Below, piece by piece: positions 1-14,095 of a stretch of 39,276 nt of DNA; the first letter of the stretch is position 1; the number at the start of each line of letters is the position of its first letter. The notes under the pieces were generated by a model. That model was given only the letters and a program-made list of their open reading frames with translations. It ran no database searches and was not told the DNA's origin. Location of the stretch: NCBI GenBank assembly GCA_000934665.2, contig JYFJ02003642.1:1-39276 (forward strand). Reading direction: 5' to 3'. Source of the stretch: Catajapyx aquilonaris. Lineage: Eukaryota. The translations under genes and the position numbers were made by a program.

Positions 1-298
1 CGGAGGATGGTGGCAGGGTGGAGGGGTCTTCACGGGAGAGGAGAATGATGCGTCCGCGTTGACGTCCAGCAAGCGACTGAGGCGTTCTCCCACCCATGGC
101 GCATGCTCGGAACGGGGGCCAATCGGAGGCGTCGTGGTAACAATGCGTCATGGATACGACGCAGCAACAATGGACGGGGGGCCAATGGGAGGAGGTGGCG
201 GCAACAATGCGGGGGCGGACCAATCAGAGGGCTTATACATGCAACGCAAGCATTTTAATATTATAGATGTTGGAGCTTGCTTTGATTGTTGCAGAACT

Positions 299-2935
299 AT
301 AGGCCAGGGTCTGATCTTCATGGCTGCTCTTTTCAGAGAGTAATAATATCCCTTCCAGGAGGGCCAGGTGACACCTTGTTCGAATTGGTCGTTATTCCGT
401 GAGCCCAATGGTGGGCACAGCTAACCGAAAAATCAGCTTCTCTAACAGCTGATCAGCTAACTATAAAAACTGGATTTGCTAAATAGCTAATGCTAAATGG
501 CTAGAAAATTAGTTAGAGCTAATGCTAACAGCTAACAGCTAACTTCGTCTCTTGTTTTGCTCCATGACCCTTAAAAACCAGACCTGAGCTGATGAAGCCT
601 AGAGAGCATTGCTAAACATACGCCTTATTTAGTTATTTACTGTTCCATACAAAAAGTAATACACAAATCCAAATAGGAAAAAAGTTTATTTGTCTCAGAA
701 GAAAGCTCCAAAGACAGGCAATGCAAAATTTATATTTAAAAAACTGGTAGCTATAATGTAATCCGCGCACCAAAGTGATCGGAAAATAAGTTTTGGCCAG
801 GTAGACAGGAACAGAATTTACAATCCGGCACCTAGCCCTGTAATATGAGTACAATGTATATCGGCGGCGGCAAAAGGGAGTTTTAAACAATAATTCCGCA
901 CACCGCAGTGATAGTATACCAAACGGCTGCCAGCACATAGTAGGTGGGCATACAAACAGGTAAAATAGCTGAAAATGTGCGTAAAGAAAAAAAAAACAGA
1001 CAAAAAGACAACAGATTTGTATAAGACAGATTTGTACACTACTCACTATCGCAGTATGTTGCGAGCGTATTTACAACCAACAAACACTACACAGAGTTCC
1101 GGTTGGTTAGTTTGTATTAAGATGATGTTGATTAGCATTCAAAAAAATCAGCCTCTCAAAATTTTCATCAGAGAGGCTGGCTCTCTTGGCCCTCAATATG
1201 TCCAAAAGCGGGGGCTAATGGCTCTCCCCCCAGCCTATACCCCTTCGCCCCCTGTATTTAACCTGAGGAAATGCAGATGTTTCTGGCAACCCCCCCCATG
1301 CTACAGTTNCCCGCATGCTACACTTCTTCATATCTTCCCTGACTGGATCGACTGTTGCTATTGGTTGACTCACTTGGCTGGTTCACCACATTTTTGGACA
1401 TTGAAAGAAAGACGTTCAATTTTCGTGCGTCACCAGTGGGCTGGAAAGTGGCCTGCATACCACCCTATGACCCGGATCCTCTGACCTTCACCTTACCCTT
1501 TCGGTCTTCCCAGATTCCACCATAGGGCCTTGAAGTCCCCCACCCTGGCCACTCATAAACTGGTCTATATTAATCCCTGCTGGAGTGGAAACAATGCAAC
1601 TTTAAAAAGTAACAGACAGTGACACAGGAACACGAATTAATTTTGTTAGCTGATTGTATTTAGCTGCAGTGCGGCACTAATTTAGTGAGAGCTAATTAGT
1701 CAGCTAGCGACCTGAAAAGTTAGAGGAAGCAGCTAATCAGCTAGCGAAAAGTTAGTTCAGCTATTAGCTGTTAGCTGTTTAAAGGAGCTAATGCCCACCT
1801 TTGCGTGAGCCTCACCTCGACTTGTTTTCCAGAGATGGTCACGGAATAAACACCAGATGTGCGGTGTCCTCTCTGCCTAAGGTCATAGCAATTAGTTGCA
1901 TGAATTGCAGGAGGTGTCGGGTCTGCAAGAAATTGCAGTGTCAATCAGTCTTCAGCAACCATTTAGTCGTAACAAGACCTTTAATTTATTCTTGCAGAAC
2001 CCTGCCCCTCACACCTGCAGTCACACTTTTTCCACTGTTTTAAAAGCATTGCTTATTATTAGCATATAGTGTACACGTATTTGGCTACGCCAGAGTATGT
2101 TCTACTAGCGCCATGCCTATTTCTAAATGCTTTCGTTTCAAAAGATAGTGTGAGTGTAACTTACTTTGTAAGTAACAAAATAAGTTCCCAAATCCTATAA
2201 ATTTTTTCATTCAATGCACAGACTGAAGGATTGTTCTGCTTTCTTACGCGATTCGGTCGGACAGACAGTTGCGTTGTCCACGTTCAGTCTGATAATATCT
2301 GTGACTGATGAGGTGAAAGTGTCCACTGCCTGACCAATCTCTGTCTTGAATCTCTTTTCTGCTGCGGCCACACTCACTTCAGACGCAGATTGCATGTCAC
2401 TAGTGGCCGGGTCAAGGTCACCAGTCATAGGGGTCTGACCTTCCTTACAATTCGACAAGACACTGGAATAAATATTACACTCGTCTAAAAATGATTAGGC
2501 CTGCCTATAAAGTCTACACTATACTCTTTTAATAATATTTCTCAATGTTTTCCCGACTCATATAGCTTCATAAAGATGATGGGAAAAGGTGATGCCGCAT
2601 GACGATTATGTTGGTGGCAATTGAAGCAGTTGGGATTGACACCTCACGTACCTCAATTTCTCTTCTAATGATTTCATTCCTTCTCGTGAGTACGTCATTT
2701 CCACTTTTAATGATTGAATTTCCTCTTTTAGTGATGCCACTTCCTCCTGGATTTCTCTCACTTCTCGTGCTGCCCGATGAAAAGATCAAGGTCATATCCA
2801 ATGTACTTTAACAAGACGCGATAATTATTATATTCCATTGTCCCCTTTACCTGATCGAGCAAATCCATCCTCCATGGTTTTCATCATTGTTTGCATGGCC
2901 AGTTCCAGTCTATGGGAAGCACGGGGAATGTCATC
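299..2935 (-). pseudogene. Disrupted FReD (ficolin/tachylectin-like) gene copy
   Basis: Exon remnants are homologous to the intact copies: ~2935-2852 (DDIPRASHRLELAMQTMMKTMEDGFARS, preceded by an in-frame TGA, no intact start), ~2770-2652 (coiled coil), ~2463-2248 (stalk exon), ~1924-1816 ([26 protein letters not shown]) and ~397-299 ([28 protein letters not shown]). The VYCDM exon and most of the last exon are missing, and a hAT element sits at 406-1803. Confidence 0.85.
406..1803. mobile_element. Non-autonomous hAT-type DNA transposon
   Basis: TIRs CAATGGTGGGCA...TGCCCACCTTTG, exact 8-bp TSD CGTGAGCC (398-405 and 1804-1811), and dense AGCTA/GCTAA subterminal repeats at both ends. A possible decayed BED-finger remnant lies on the minus strand at ~1310-1465 (tentative). 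Confidence 0.85.
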
Positions 2936-3017
2936 TCTAAGTCATGAGATGTGTGCAAAAATTTGCCAAAATCCTTCTAAAAGCGACAAAGAAGACGAAG
3001 ATTGTCTACAGCTAGAG

Positions 3018-3357
3018 CAGGGAGCATATACTACATAAGAGGCGCAAACATTCGAATTCCGCGTCTCTCTGTTTGGGGCCGTTGCCAAGGCTGGCGGCCA
3101 TCTTGAAGTGTGGGGAACGCCAACGAGGTATAAATAGGGTACAGGCAAAAATAGGGTCCGCCATCTTTGATGGTTTTGGCAACTACACGGCAAGAACACG
3201 CGCGAATCAAAGATGGCGGACCCCATTTTTGCCTGTACCCTATTTATAGTACCACGTTGGCGTTCCCCACACTTCAAGATGGCCGCCAGCCACGCCCCAA
3301 ACAGAGAGACGCGGAAATCGAATGTTTGCGCCTCTTATGCAGTATATATGCTCCCTG
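3018..3357. mobile_element. Foldback MITE, copy 1 (7-bp TSD; P-superfamily-like)
   Basis: The element is almost fully palindromic, with TIR CAGGGAGCATATA and TSD GCTAGAG (3011-3017 / 3358-3364). A second copy is at 6218-6520. Confidence 0.9.
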
Positions 3358-3776
3358 GCTAGAGTCTAACAATGTCCAGCCTGCAACAATGCTGTAAATG
3401 ACCCCACAGATATCCGTTCAGCTGACCTTTTTTAAAAAAAATAAAATAAAAAATAAAATAATTTCTAGAGGGCCTAGTTTGAACATGTCAACCCGATGAA
3501 ACTGCGTAATGAGCAATTATTATTAATCAGTTTGCCTAATTGACCTTTTCTCATTGAAGTGCTCAAGGTCATCACAGTTTCTCAAAACCAGCCACCCGAA
3601 CACTCCCTCGAACTGTTCCAAATTCCAGCCACCGCAACGCACCCCGACTGGTCATCCAAGATGGCGGACCTCACTTTCTGACAGGACACATTTTGGGCCC
3701 TTGTTTTTGGCTTCCAGTTTGAGTCCTGGACAAGGTTTGTTGATCCGGATCTGGAATTATTGAGGGGCCGGCGGCC

Positions 3777-5431
3777 ATGGAGATGGGCGAGGTGAGCAGG
3801 AGGATGCTGGAGCTGATATTGTCCGAGGGAAGGGCCATGGAGGACAGGATGGTGGCCAGGATGGAGGCCATGGAGAAGAGGGTGATGGACAGGATGGAAG
3901 GGGTCCAGAGGATGGTGGCCAGCCTGGAAGAGCTCATCCGGGGGCAGGTCGAAGGTCAGCCATATGCATACAGCTAGCAATGAATGAATATTTAAACAAC
4001 ATTTTTTGTGTGTGTAAATATCAGGTTCATCGTACACGGCAACGAGCGACATACACCAAGGTAAGTACCTATAACATAGTGTTCAGCTCTTATGACTGCT
4101 GTACTTTATTACAGCGATACTGCCAAATGAAAATCCTGAAGGAGCGCATGATAGCGATGAAGTCGAAATCATAACCGTATCAGATAATGACGATCCGTTC
4201 AGCGTTGAATTAAAAGAAAGGAATCCACTAGAGGAGCGGGAACCAGGAACGAACGTGCAGGATGACAAATGTGGTAATAAATCATTAATTTTTTCACCGC
4301 ATAATGAAATGGGTCACATTTTTTATTATTTTTCAGAGCTTTCTGGCTTGCTTCTAGAGGGCACGTCGGATCATGAACAGCAACAATTTTCATCATCAGC
4401 TACAGTTGTCCCCAACGTACATGAAATCTGGGTTCAAGAATCAGAACTAGATGATAAAATTGACACCACGGTAAGTAATATTAGCAGCTACACGGCTGCA
4501 CGGTGTCGGGCAAGTGTTACAACTGAATGAATGTTTAGTCACATAGTGTCGATGAAATGTTTTATAACGAGGATGTCAATACTGATATGTCAAAGAGTGT
4601 TGATCGGCACTGCTCCTTGGGTATTAATTAAGTTGCTTTTCCTTATTTAGGAAGACTGGAAGGAACAGCTGGAAGAAAGAGATGCCGAAGAAAGCGAATC
4701 AGCTGGTGAAGTGTCACCAAATTTGAGCCAGAGTAAAACAATCCAGGTAAGAAAAACCTGCTCACTGTTATTCTGGATATAAAAATAGTGTCGGATAGTC
4801 AAAAATAATAGTGTGATGTGTGGACAGGCTGAATTTTGTCACCATCATCAATTTGTAACGCTGTATTTTTATCTTTCAGACTATGAAAGACATTCAGCCC
4901 TTTTGTTGCGGCATATGTGATGCTACGTTTTACACGGCTGATGAATTGGCAGCTTGCGTGGACAGCCACGGCCATGTGAATGAAGACTTTGCTGTGGAGG
5001 AACAATATAGCGAGCCAGCAGGTGCGGCTGAGGCAATGCAGAGTTCTAGTGCATCAGTGGGATTCAAGGGCAGAAAGAGGACTGCGAAACGTGGCTCGGG
5101 TCGAAAGAAACCGAAAGGAGTCGCTCCAAGAAAAGTTCACCACTGCAAACTGTGTGCATACAGTTCGGACTCAAAGTTCAACCTCCTCCGCCACATGATA
5201 CGTCACACGGGTGAGAAGCCCTACTCCTGCCACTTGTGCAACGGGAGGTACTCCCTGAAGCAGCACCTCAACAGTCACTACAACCGCGTTCACCTCGAAC
5301 TCACCCGTTACGAGTGCCACTTGTGCGGGAAAAGGTTTTACGAGAAGAAATGTTTGATAAGCCATCTAACGTCCAAGAACGTACATGGAATTACGCTTTT
5401 GCCGGAGCAGCTGAAACAACTGGTGAAGTGA
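3777..5431 (+). CDS. C2H2 zinc-finger protein with N-terminal helical repeat domain (multi-exon)
   Basis: Hand-spliced exons ~3777-3954, 4025-4060, 4115-4273, 4338-4470, 4651-4747 and 4880-5431 keep frame. The last exon has CGIC..H..H, then CKLC..HMIRH-TGEKP, CHLC..HYNRVH and CHLC..HLTSKNVH. Internal exon edges are approximate. Confidence 0.85.
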
Positions 5432-5991
5432 CTTTAATATTGTGAGGACATGAACCTCGAGCACCGGTACATCCAGTGTACGTACTGAATGTAACTGCCG
5501 ACCGGTCTTATATTTTAATCACTTTCATTCCTTCACAGAGTAACACCGCATTTATTACCGCAATTACCACTGTGTTATTTTGCAAACGGTACGTAGGGTC
5601 CACGGTACAGATTGTTGGCTCCAGCAACTACTGTAAATAGAAGCTCAAATTATGATGTATGAAACTGACGCTTAATGTTGCTTTCTACTTTACAGATTTA
5701 ATTTTAAATAATTTTTTTAATCAACATTATTGCACCTGTTTCTGCGGACTGCCACGAGATGGCAGCACGTGCATATTTACAGCCACCCGAATCGTTACCA
5801 ACTGTTCCTATGTCAGCGGCTGCAACGCACCCGAAGCAACCAAGATGGCGGACATTACCTGTTGATTATTTTAATTTGTTAATTTCTTTCTGTTTCTTCC
5901 CAGCCTGCTTACTGCAACCTGAAACAAATTTGCTGGTCTGTTGGAGAAAAGGTTGAGGTTTAGTGTCAAGCCGATTGGAAGGGTCTGGGAG

Positions 5992-7440
5992 ATGGCCCGA
6001 AGTGGATTGATATTGAAGGAGGTGATGAAGGCGGTGGAAGTCAACAAGAGGCTTCTGGAGCTGCTTTTGAACGAAGGAAGGAAGATGGAGGAGCGGGTGA
6101 TGGCCAGGGTTGGGAAGCTGGAGGAGAGGGTGGCGGAGATGGAGATGAGGCTGGTGGCCGTCATAGAGGGTGCGGTCAGGACGCAGCCGAACTGTGATCA
6201 GGAAGGTACAGACAGGTCAGGGAGCATATACACTACATAAGAGGCGCAAACATTCGATTTCCGCGTCTCTCTGGGGCGTTGCCAAGGCTGGCGGTCATTT
6301 TGTAACGGGGGGCAACGCCAACAGGGTATAAATAGGGTACAGGCAAAATTGGGTCATCAAAGATGGCGGATCCTATTTTGCCTGTACTCTATTTATACCT
6401 CGTTGGTGTTGCCCACACTTCAAAATGGCTGCCAGCCTTGGCAACGGCCCCAAACAGAGAGACGCGAACAGGCGCCGACAGAAGTTTGCGTCTCTTATGT
6501 GGTAGGCTATATGCTCCCTGGACAGGTGGAGAAGTAGTTAGCAGTAATAATACCGTACGTTACATCCACAGTGATACCACCGGAAAAAACCCTTCCTGAA
6601 TTAGTGGACATATCTGAACTCTCGGAAGCTGAGGACACGGTTGCGACGATGGACAACGTGTCAGAAGCTGGAGCGCAACAAAGTGATGTTGTCAATCACT
6701 CATTAACAGAGTTGTCCGCAGATGGCCAGGACACCAGCAACTGTACTATACTGCGCCAGCTACTACAGTGTGACCTGGAAGCGTCCACAGAAGAGCTGAC
6801 TTCACAAGCTGTGGCCGCTTCCAATATGGTTGGAATTGCGGTGATGGAAACAGAATTGGATGGCAGCATTGAAATCGATGTAATGGGCAACGCATGTTGT
6901 GTTTGGATTGAATTGCACTGAAAATGACTTTCTACCTGCAGGAAAAGTGGCAACTTCAATTACAGGAGAGTAATGCTAGTCAATTTGGAGAAGGAGATGA
7001 ATGTTACGACGTAATGCCAGTGAGTGAGGTACGCTGCACTTGCATAATCGTCAGTGCAAATGGAATAAATGCGAAATTTAATTTTTCAGTCTACCGTAGT
7101 TGTGAAAGAACCGTTCTGCTGTGGGATTTGCAATGCGAAATTCTACACCGCTGCAAGGTTGGTCGCCTGCGTTGCAAGTCACTCTCCTAAGAAGCCGTGT
7201 CCAGGGAATGATGATCCAAATAGCGGGAGTGATGAGACAACTGGATGCGGATCCAGTGCGACAAACGAGAGTTATGAACAAACAGATAATGCGGCCCTGA
7301 ACAAAAGTGGGGCCAGTTCCAATGAAGCCGTCGAAAGAAGGCTGCATGGAACCCGTGAATACAGGAAGTACAAATGTAAATTGTGCTTGTACGGTACTTA
7401 CCGAAAGTCACACTGGGATCTTCACATGATGAGTCATTGA
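5992..7440 (+). CDS. Paralogous C2H2 zinc-finger protein (two fingers only)
   Basis: Exons ~5992-6205, 6572-6879, 6941-7028 and 7090-7440. It shares the N-terminal helix (LLELLLNEGRKMEERVMAR), the E.W..QL exon and PFCCGIC.A.FYTA..L.ACV.SH with the gene at 3777, and stops right after the CKLC..HMMSH finger. Confidence 0.75.
6218..6520. mobile_element. Foldback MITE, copy 2 (7-bp TSD), in intron 1 of the second ZF gene
   Basis: TIR CAGGGAGCATATA...TATATGCTCCCTG, TSD GACAGGT (6211-6217 / 6521-6527). Confidence 0.9.
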
Positions 7441-9064
7441 AATGTTTGTGACCTGAAATTGCCTTTAATAAGCATATGCTAGTCCACTCAAATTTATTTT
7501 TAAATAGTCATTTCACTGGAGATGTGTGAAATGCACTTATTTTCAAGATTAGTAAGACATATTAAGCGCAACATGTGTATCAACACAAGTGTGTACTATT
7601 TTGCAAATGATGTGTCGTAATTATATGCGCACAAATGGCAGCACTGAATGTGTGTTAGGTAGTCATGTGATTTTATCACAGTTACGCACAAAGTACACTA
7701 AAAGCCAAAATGTTGTGTTGTGAAAGATGTTTCAGTTCTCTCAATTTTAGTGCAAAACTTGACTCACAGTGTGTTCAAAGAGTGATTTTTTAATCAAGGA
7801 AGATGACCTGTGCCTTTGCAGATTTGAGAATGTAATAAGATGTTTATTCTTGCCTTCATAATGGCTCGATGCCTAAGAATTATATTGGACATACGACAAT
7901 ATAATTCTTAGGCGTCGGGCTGTTTAAAGCTCCACAGCCTCAGAATGAAACAAATTATTATGAGATAAAATGCATGGAATGTGTCACCATAGATCTCTAG
8001 CATCCAAAAAGTGACATTAATTGTGATAAAAATGCTGAAAAAAGGGAAGTGACGCACCTTCCCTACTCCACCCCCAGCTCACTACCATTACTCGTAACAT
8101 CACGTGACTACTCCATCAGCATTTCATATGCAAACAAGATCAAATATTATTGTGGTGTGATGCTAAAGTCCGACCTGCAACTGATCCTTTTATGCGATGC
8201 CCAACGTATAACAAGATGCCAATTCTAGTTCGTAAAGTAATTTCCTGTAATTGTGTTCGAATGATGTTGCACCCGCTAATGGCTGTCATTGACTAATTAT
8301 TGCATTATCCCTGCATTCTAATGCACTCTAACAAGCATGTCACATAATGTACTTAGTCCTGTTTTAGTAACAACTCCTTTCCCCTCCCCGCATTTTATAT
8401 GGTGTGGTGGTCTAACAATGATGAAACACTGCAGATATCCTGCTTAATTAACTTGTTCCAAAGAACTGCACGAACTACTTGCTGAATTTCACGTCACCTC
8501 ACAACATGACTATAGAAGATGTTGTAGAGAGCGGCCAACACTACTGTCCGTCATGTTCACGACTATAAGTTGCACAAAAAAAATCCACAAATTGTACAGT
8601 ATTGGGCCGGAAATATGTGCTCTGAGCTTGTATAATTTTAACTCTATGCACTCACTGCAGTTATTTTTTTAAATGATATTACAAATGGGTGCAAAAAGTG
8701 CAGCCATTTAACGGCTGCCAGTACCCAAATATTTTTTGCTCCTTAGAAAACAGGCTAATAGGCACAATTTTTCTAACGAGTGTTTCTTTCTGTGTGAATT
8801 TATGTTGAGTGCATGTGACACCCCCACCTCCCAGTGCATAATAGTGTGCCATTGATCTGAAACTGTCAGTGTGCCGCCAACATTCCCAATCACAGAGTGG
8901 TTCACAACCTACAACAGCACATTGAAATAAATACTGAAAATGCTAGAGCAACTTTATTTCCAACTGATCCTGCGTATGGACTTGAGCTACTTATCGGCTC
9001 ATCGTTAAAATGTCTATATATTATCTACACATCAATTGCCAAGTAATGACCACTAACATGTCAG

Positions 9065-9530
9065 GTGAAGAATCGGCATGCAGTGAACAATCTGAGCCGA
9101 TGGACGATGAAGCCGCGGCGAACCGCAAGAATAGTTGCCATGGCGCGGCACTTCAATTACGGTACTGAGAAGATCAGTCTTGCTCCGGGATGTGGTCCGC
9201 AATTGCACCGGATCAAGCCGTCGCAGCAACATGTGGTCATATTTAAGGTAAATCTCGTAATTGCACAAAATAGCTGACATTAACTGCATTGCAGCTTCCA
9301 GTCATACCCTGATCTCATTCGGCAGGTGGTGTGCTTGTTGACAAACGCCTTCTTCTGCATGTTTCCCAAGCGCAACTTGAAGCGCAGGACGGCCGAGTAC
9401 GCCACGTTTCCGGCCATCAACTTCTTTGGAAGGTGGAAGTAAGGCCAAGGGATCGACGAAGCTGCAGCAAATGAGGCAGGTCTGCTCTGAGAAGCTCAAG
9501 GGTGTCCTCAACTACTTCAGGAGAAATCGA
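9065..9530 (+). pseudogene. PARG: Poly(ADP-ribose) glycohydrolase gene fragment (frameshifted, internally deleted)
   Basis: Translations [61 protein letters not shown] and EKLKGVLNYFRR resemble remembered metazoan PARG segments (..[40 protein letters not shown]...YPDINF; EKLKTLFCYFRR). One GT-AG intron is retained (~9248-9294). There are frameshifts and no catalytic GGG..QEE motif. Confidence 0.8.
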
Positions 9531-9548
9531 GGGAAATATTCGGTCTAA

Positions 9549-9699
9549 AGCCACATTTACACGAGAGCGAATTATCAGCCAGGTCTTTGCCAGGCAGTGA
9601 GACTAATATTGTTCGGGGTGAAAAAATGTTGTTACCCCGATTGTTGGCGATGACATTGCTGCAATTTCGCTGATAATTCGCTCACATGTAAACACAGCT
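9549..9699. mobile_element. PIF/Harbinger (Tourist-like) MITE
   Basis: ~31-bp imperfect TIRs (AGCCACATTTACACGAGAGCGAATTATCAGC / GCTGATAATTCGCTCACATGTAAACACAGCT) flanked by TAA on both sides. Confidence 0.75.
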
Positions 9700-9732
9700 T
9701 AATGTTGCACCAGGAGACTTCAATATGTTTAA

Positions 9733-9943
9733 GGCAGCATTTACATGTGAGCGATTGGCTCAGAATCGAAGCCAATTGTTTCGGATGAAAGTAACAATTG
9801 GGATAACAATTCACCCCAAACAATAATATTGGTTTGGTCATACAGCGCTGAGCATCATTGAGCAATGAAACCAATTGTTTGGGGCAACAATTGATTGTTA
9901 CCAGGAGTGTTACTTTCGCCCCAAACAATTGGTTTCATTGCTG
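9733..9943. mobile_element. Truncated related Harbinger-type MITE with internal inverted repeat
   Basis: TAA followed by GGCAGCATTTACATGTGAGCGA (same TIR family as 9549), with an internal perfect 25-bp IR AGCAATGAAACCAATTGTTTGGGGC (~9862-9942). The right TIR was not found. Confidence 0.5.
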
Positions 9944-10774
9944 ATCAATCATTTTAAAGTGGTAGGTAGAGAAAACAATCCATAACCTGTTCTCCCTGGG
10001 CCGTGCACCACCTGGCGAGAACACTGAAGCCGCACTCAACTCGACATTTAAGTTGCCTCCCAAATAAAAGTCAGTCGCAGAGTTCTTTTCGTTTCGCTTC
10101 TGAAGCAAAGTGAAACTGAGTTTCTCACACTCTTTTAATTGTCGTCAACAATGAATGAAGCCCATTAAATTCTGGTTGATTCTTTTGAGTGTACTCACTA
10201 AACTACTCACTAAGCCGAGCTGCTTCAAGGGCTATTCAATTATCTTATCCCACTCCGGGCATCTCTGAAAGAACAAGTAGTGTGAATGAAGGTAACTTTG
10301 TACGATACGAGTCGATTGTACCAACCTGATGGAATATTTCCCCGAAGCACTTTCCCATTTTGACGAATCGCGGCGCAGTTTGGTATCTTCCTGTTCACCT
10401 TCACCTTTTCCCAACTTGGCGCACTTGATCCAAGTCAAACCAGACCAAAAGATTAATATGCGCTGGTTGCTTTTTATGGGTGTCATATGTACAGAGTATT
10501 CACTCAGGAAATAATGAGATGTAGAAACTGTGAGGTCATTATTTTACACTGTTAGAGGCCATTGTTACGCAAATAATGTAGATCTCGTTGGTCAAAAATT
10601 CTGTGTTGAGAGAATTAATTTATTGCCAAGTACATACAAGCACCAAAAAGGTAATGACAAAACCTGTTTTCATAATGAATATATTTTAATTGTTACATGT
10701 TTAGAAGTTTCCACATATGATGCAATAATAACCTACAATGTTCAAAGTCTTGAAGTATGTGTCTGTCGTAGCTG

Positions 10775-11044
10775 CACATGTAGGAGAAGGTGATGCCTCT
10801 CTCCCAGTGCAGTTTGGCACAATCATGCAGTCGGTGGAAGTTGAAGCATAATGCATTGCACCTCTTGATTGCGCTTAGGCAGAAGAGGAAATGATATTTA
10901 TTTCAATGAACATTGAGCTCTACCTTAATGCTTCTGATGAAAAAAAAAAAATTTCTACCTCACTCCTGGAAGCGTGTGTATGGTTCCACCGACTGCGTGT
11001 GCCAAACTGCACAGGGAGAGAGGCATCACCTTCTCCTACATGTG
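10775..11044. repeat. Inverted repeat with ~60-bp arms
   Basis: CACATGTAGGAGAAGGTGATGCCTCTCTCCCAGTGCAGTTTGGCACA..GCAGTCGGTGGAA (10775-10839) is the near reverse complement of 10984-11044. Confidence 0.85.
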
Positions 11045-11776
11045 TCCAACGCCACCCCGACACTTCCCAAAGTGTCTCATGCCGACTGGACAGACTCTGA
11101 ATTACGGCATCAGTCCAACCCGTTGCTGACACTTCACGAACAGTCCAATATTTCTGGGCACATGCTGTATAAATATTCTTCACGGGAGATTGCACTACAG
11201 CATGTGTCCAATATGAGTAGACATTTATTCAGGAAGTGGCCCATTTTACTATGGAGATAATACATATCTAAAATCCCAGTTGATAGACTCCAAGAACACT
11301 CAGCATCATATTTGCGTCAATTAATAGCCCTGTTTTTGTGCCTGTCCCAGCACAGAAGACTTTTCTAAGAATATAACATAGTGATAACCATCAGTCAATC
11401 ATTGTACGTAATGTGGGATAATAATTATAATAGAGTGATCAGGACACCAGAAGTAATATCAACTCAACAGTCTATATTGCCTAATCATTGATTATTACCA
11501 ACCAACAGACACGGGCTAGCCCGTGACGTAGCTCCAGTGACATAGCATCCATGTTCAACCCTTAAAAAAAAGACACCCAATCATAATAAATTATAGTAGT
11601 GTTGGATGCTGAGACCCCGATTTGAGAGTAATGTTGTGTGCATGATCACTCACATTGACATTGAACCAAATTAATTAGATTGGCAAAAGAAACTATGATA
11701 TACTCCACTAATATGCAGGCAGCTAATATGCAGTATTACAGGGTGACAAGTGCAAAGAGTGATCATTACTGGTCGT

Positions 11777-14095
<2,319 letters not shown>

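Noticed and set aside
633..1484. ORFs inside the hAT element as an intact transposase
   Set aside because: No DDE or dimerisation motifs; at most a frameshifted remnant, and it includes an ambiguous base at 1309.
3582..4052. His/Pro-rich minus-strand ORF
   Set aside because: It is the antisense reading of the ATG/GAG-rich exon 1 of the ZF gene.
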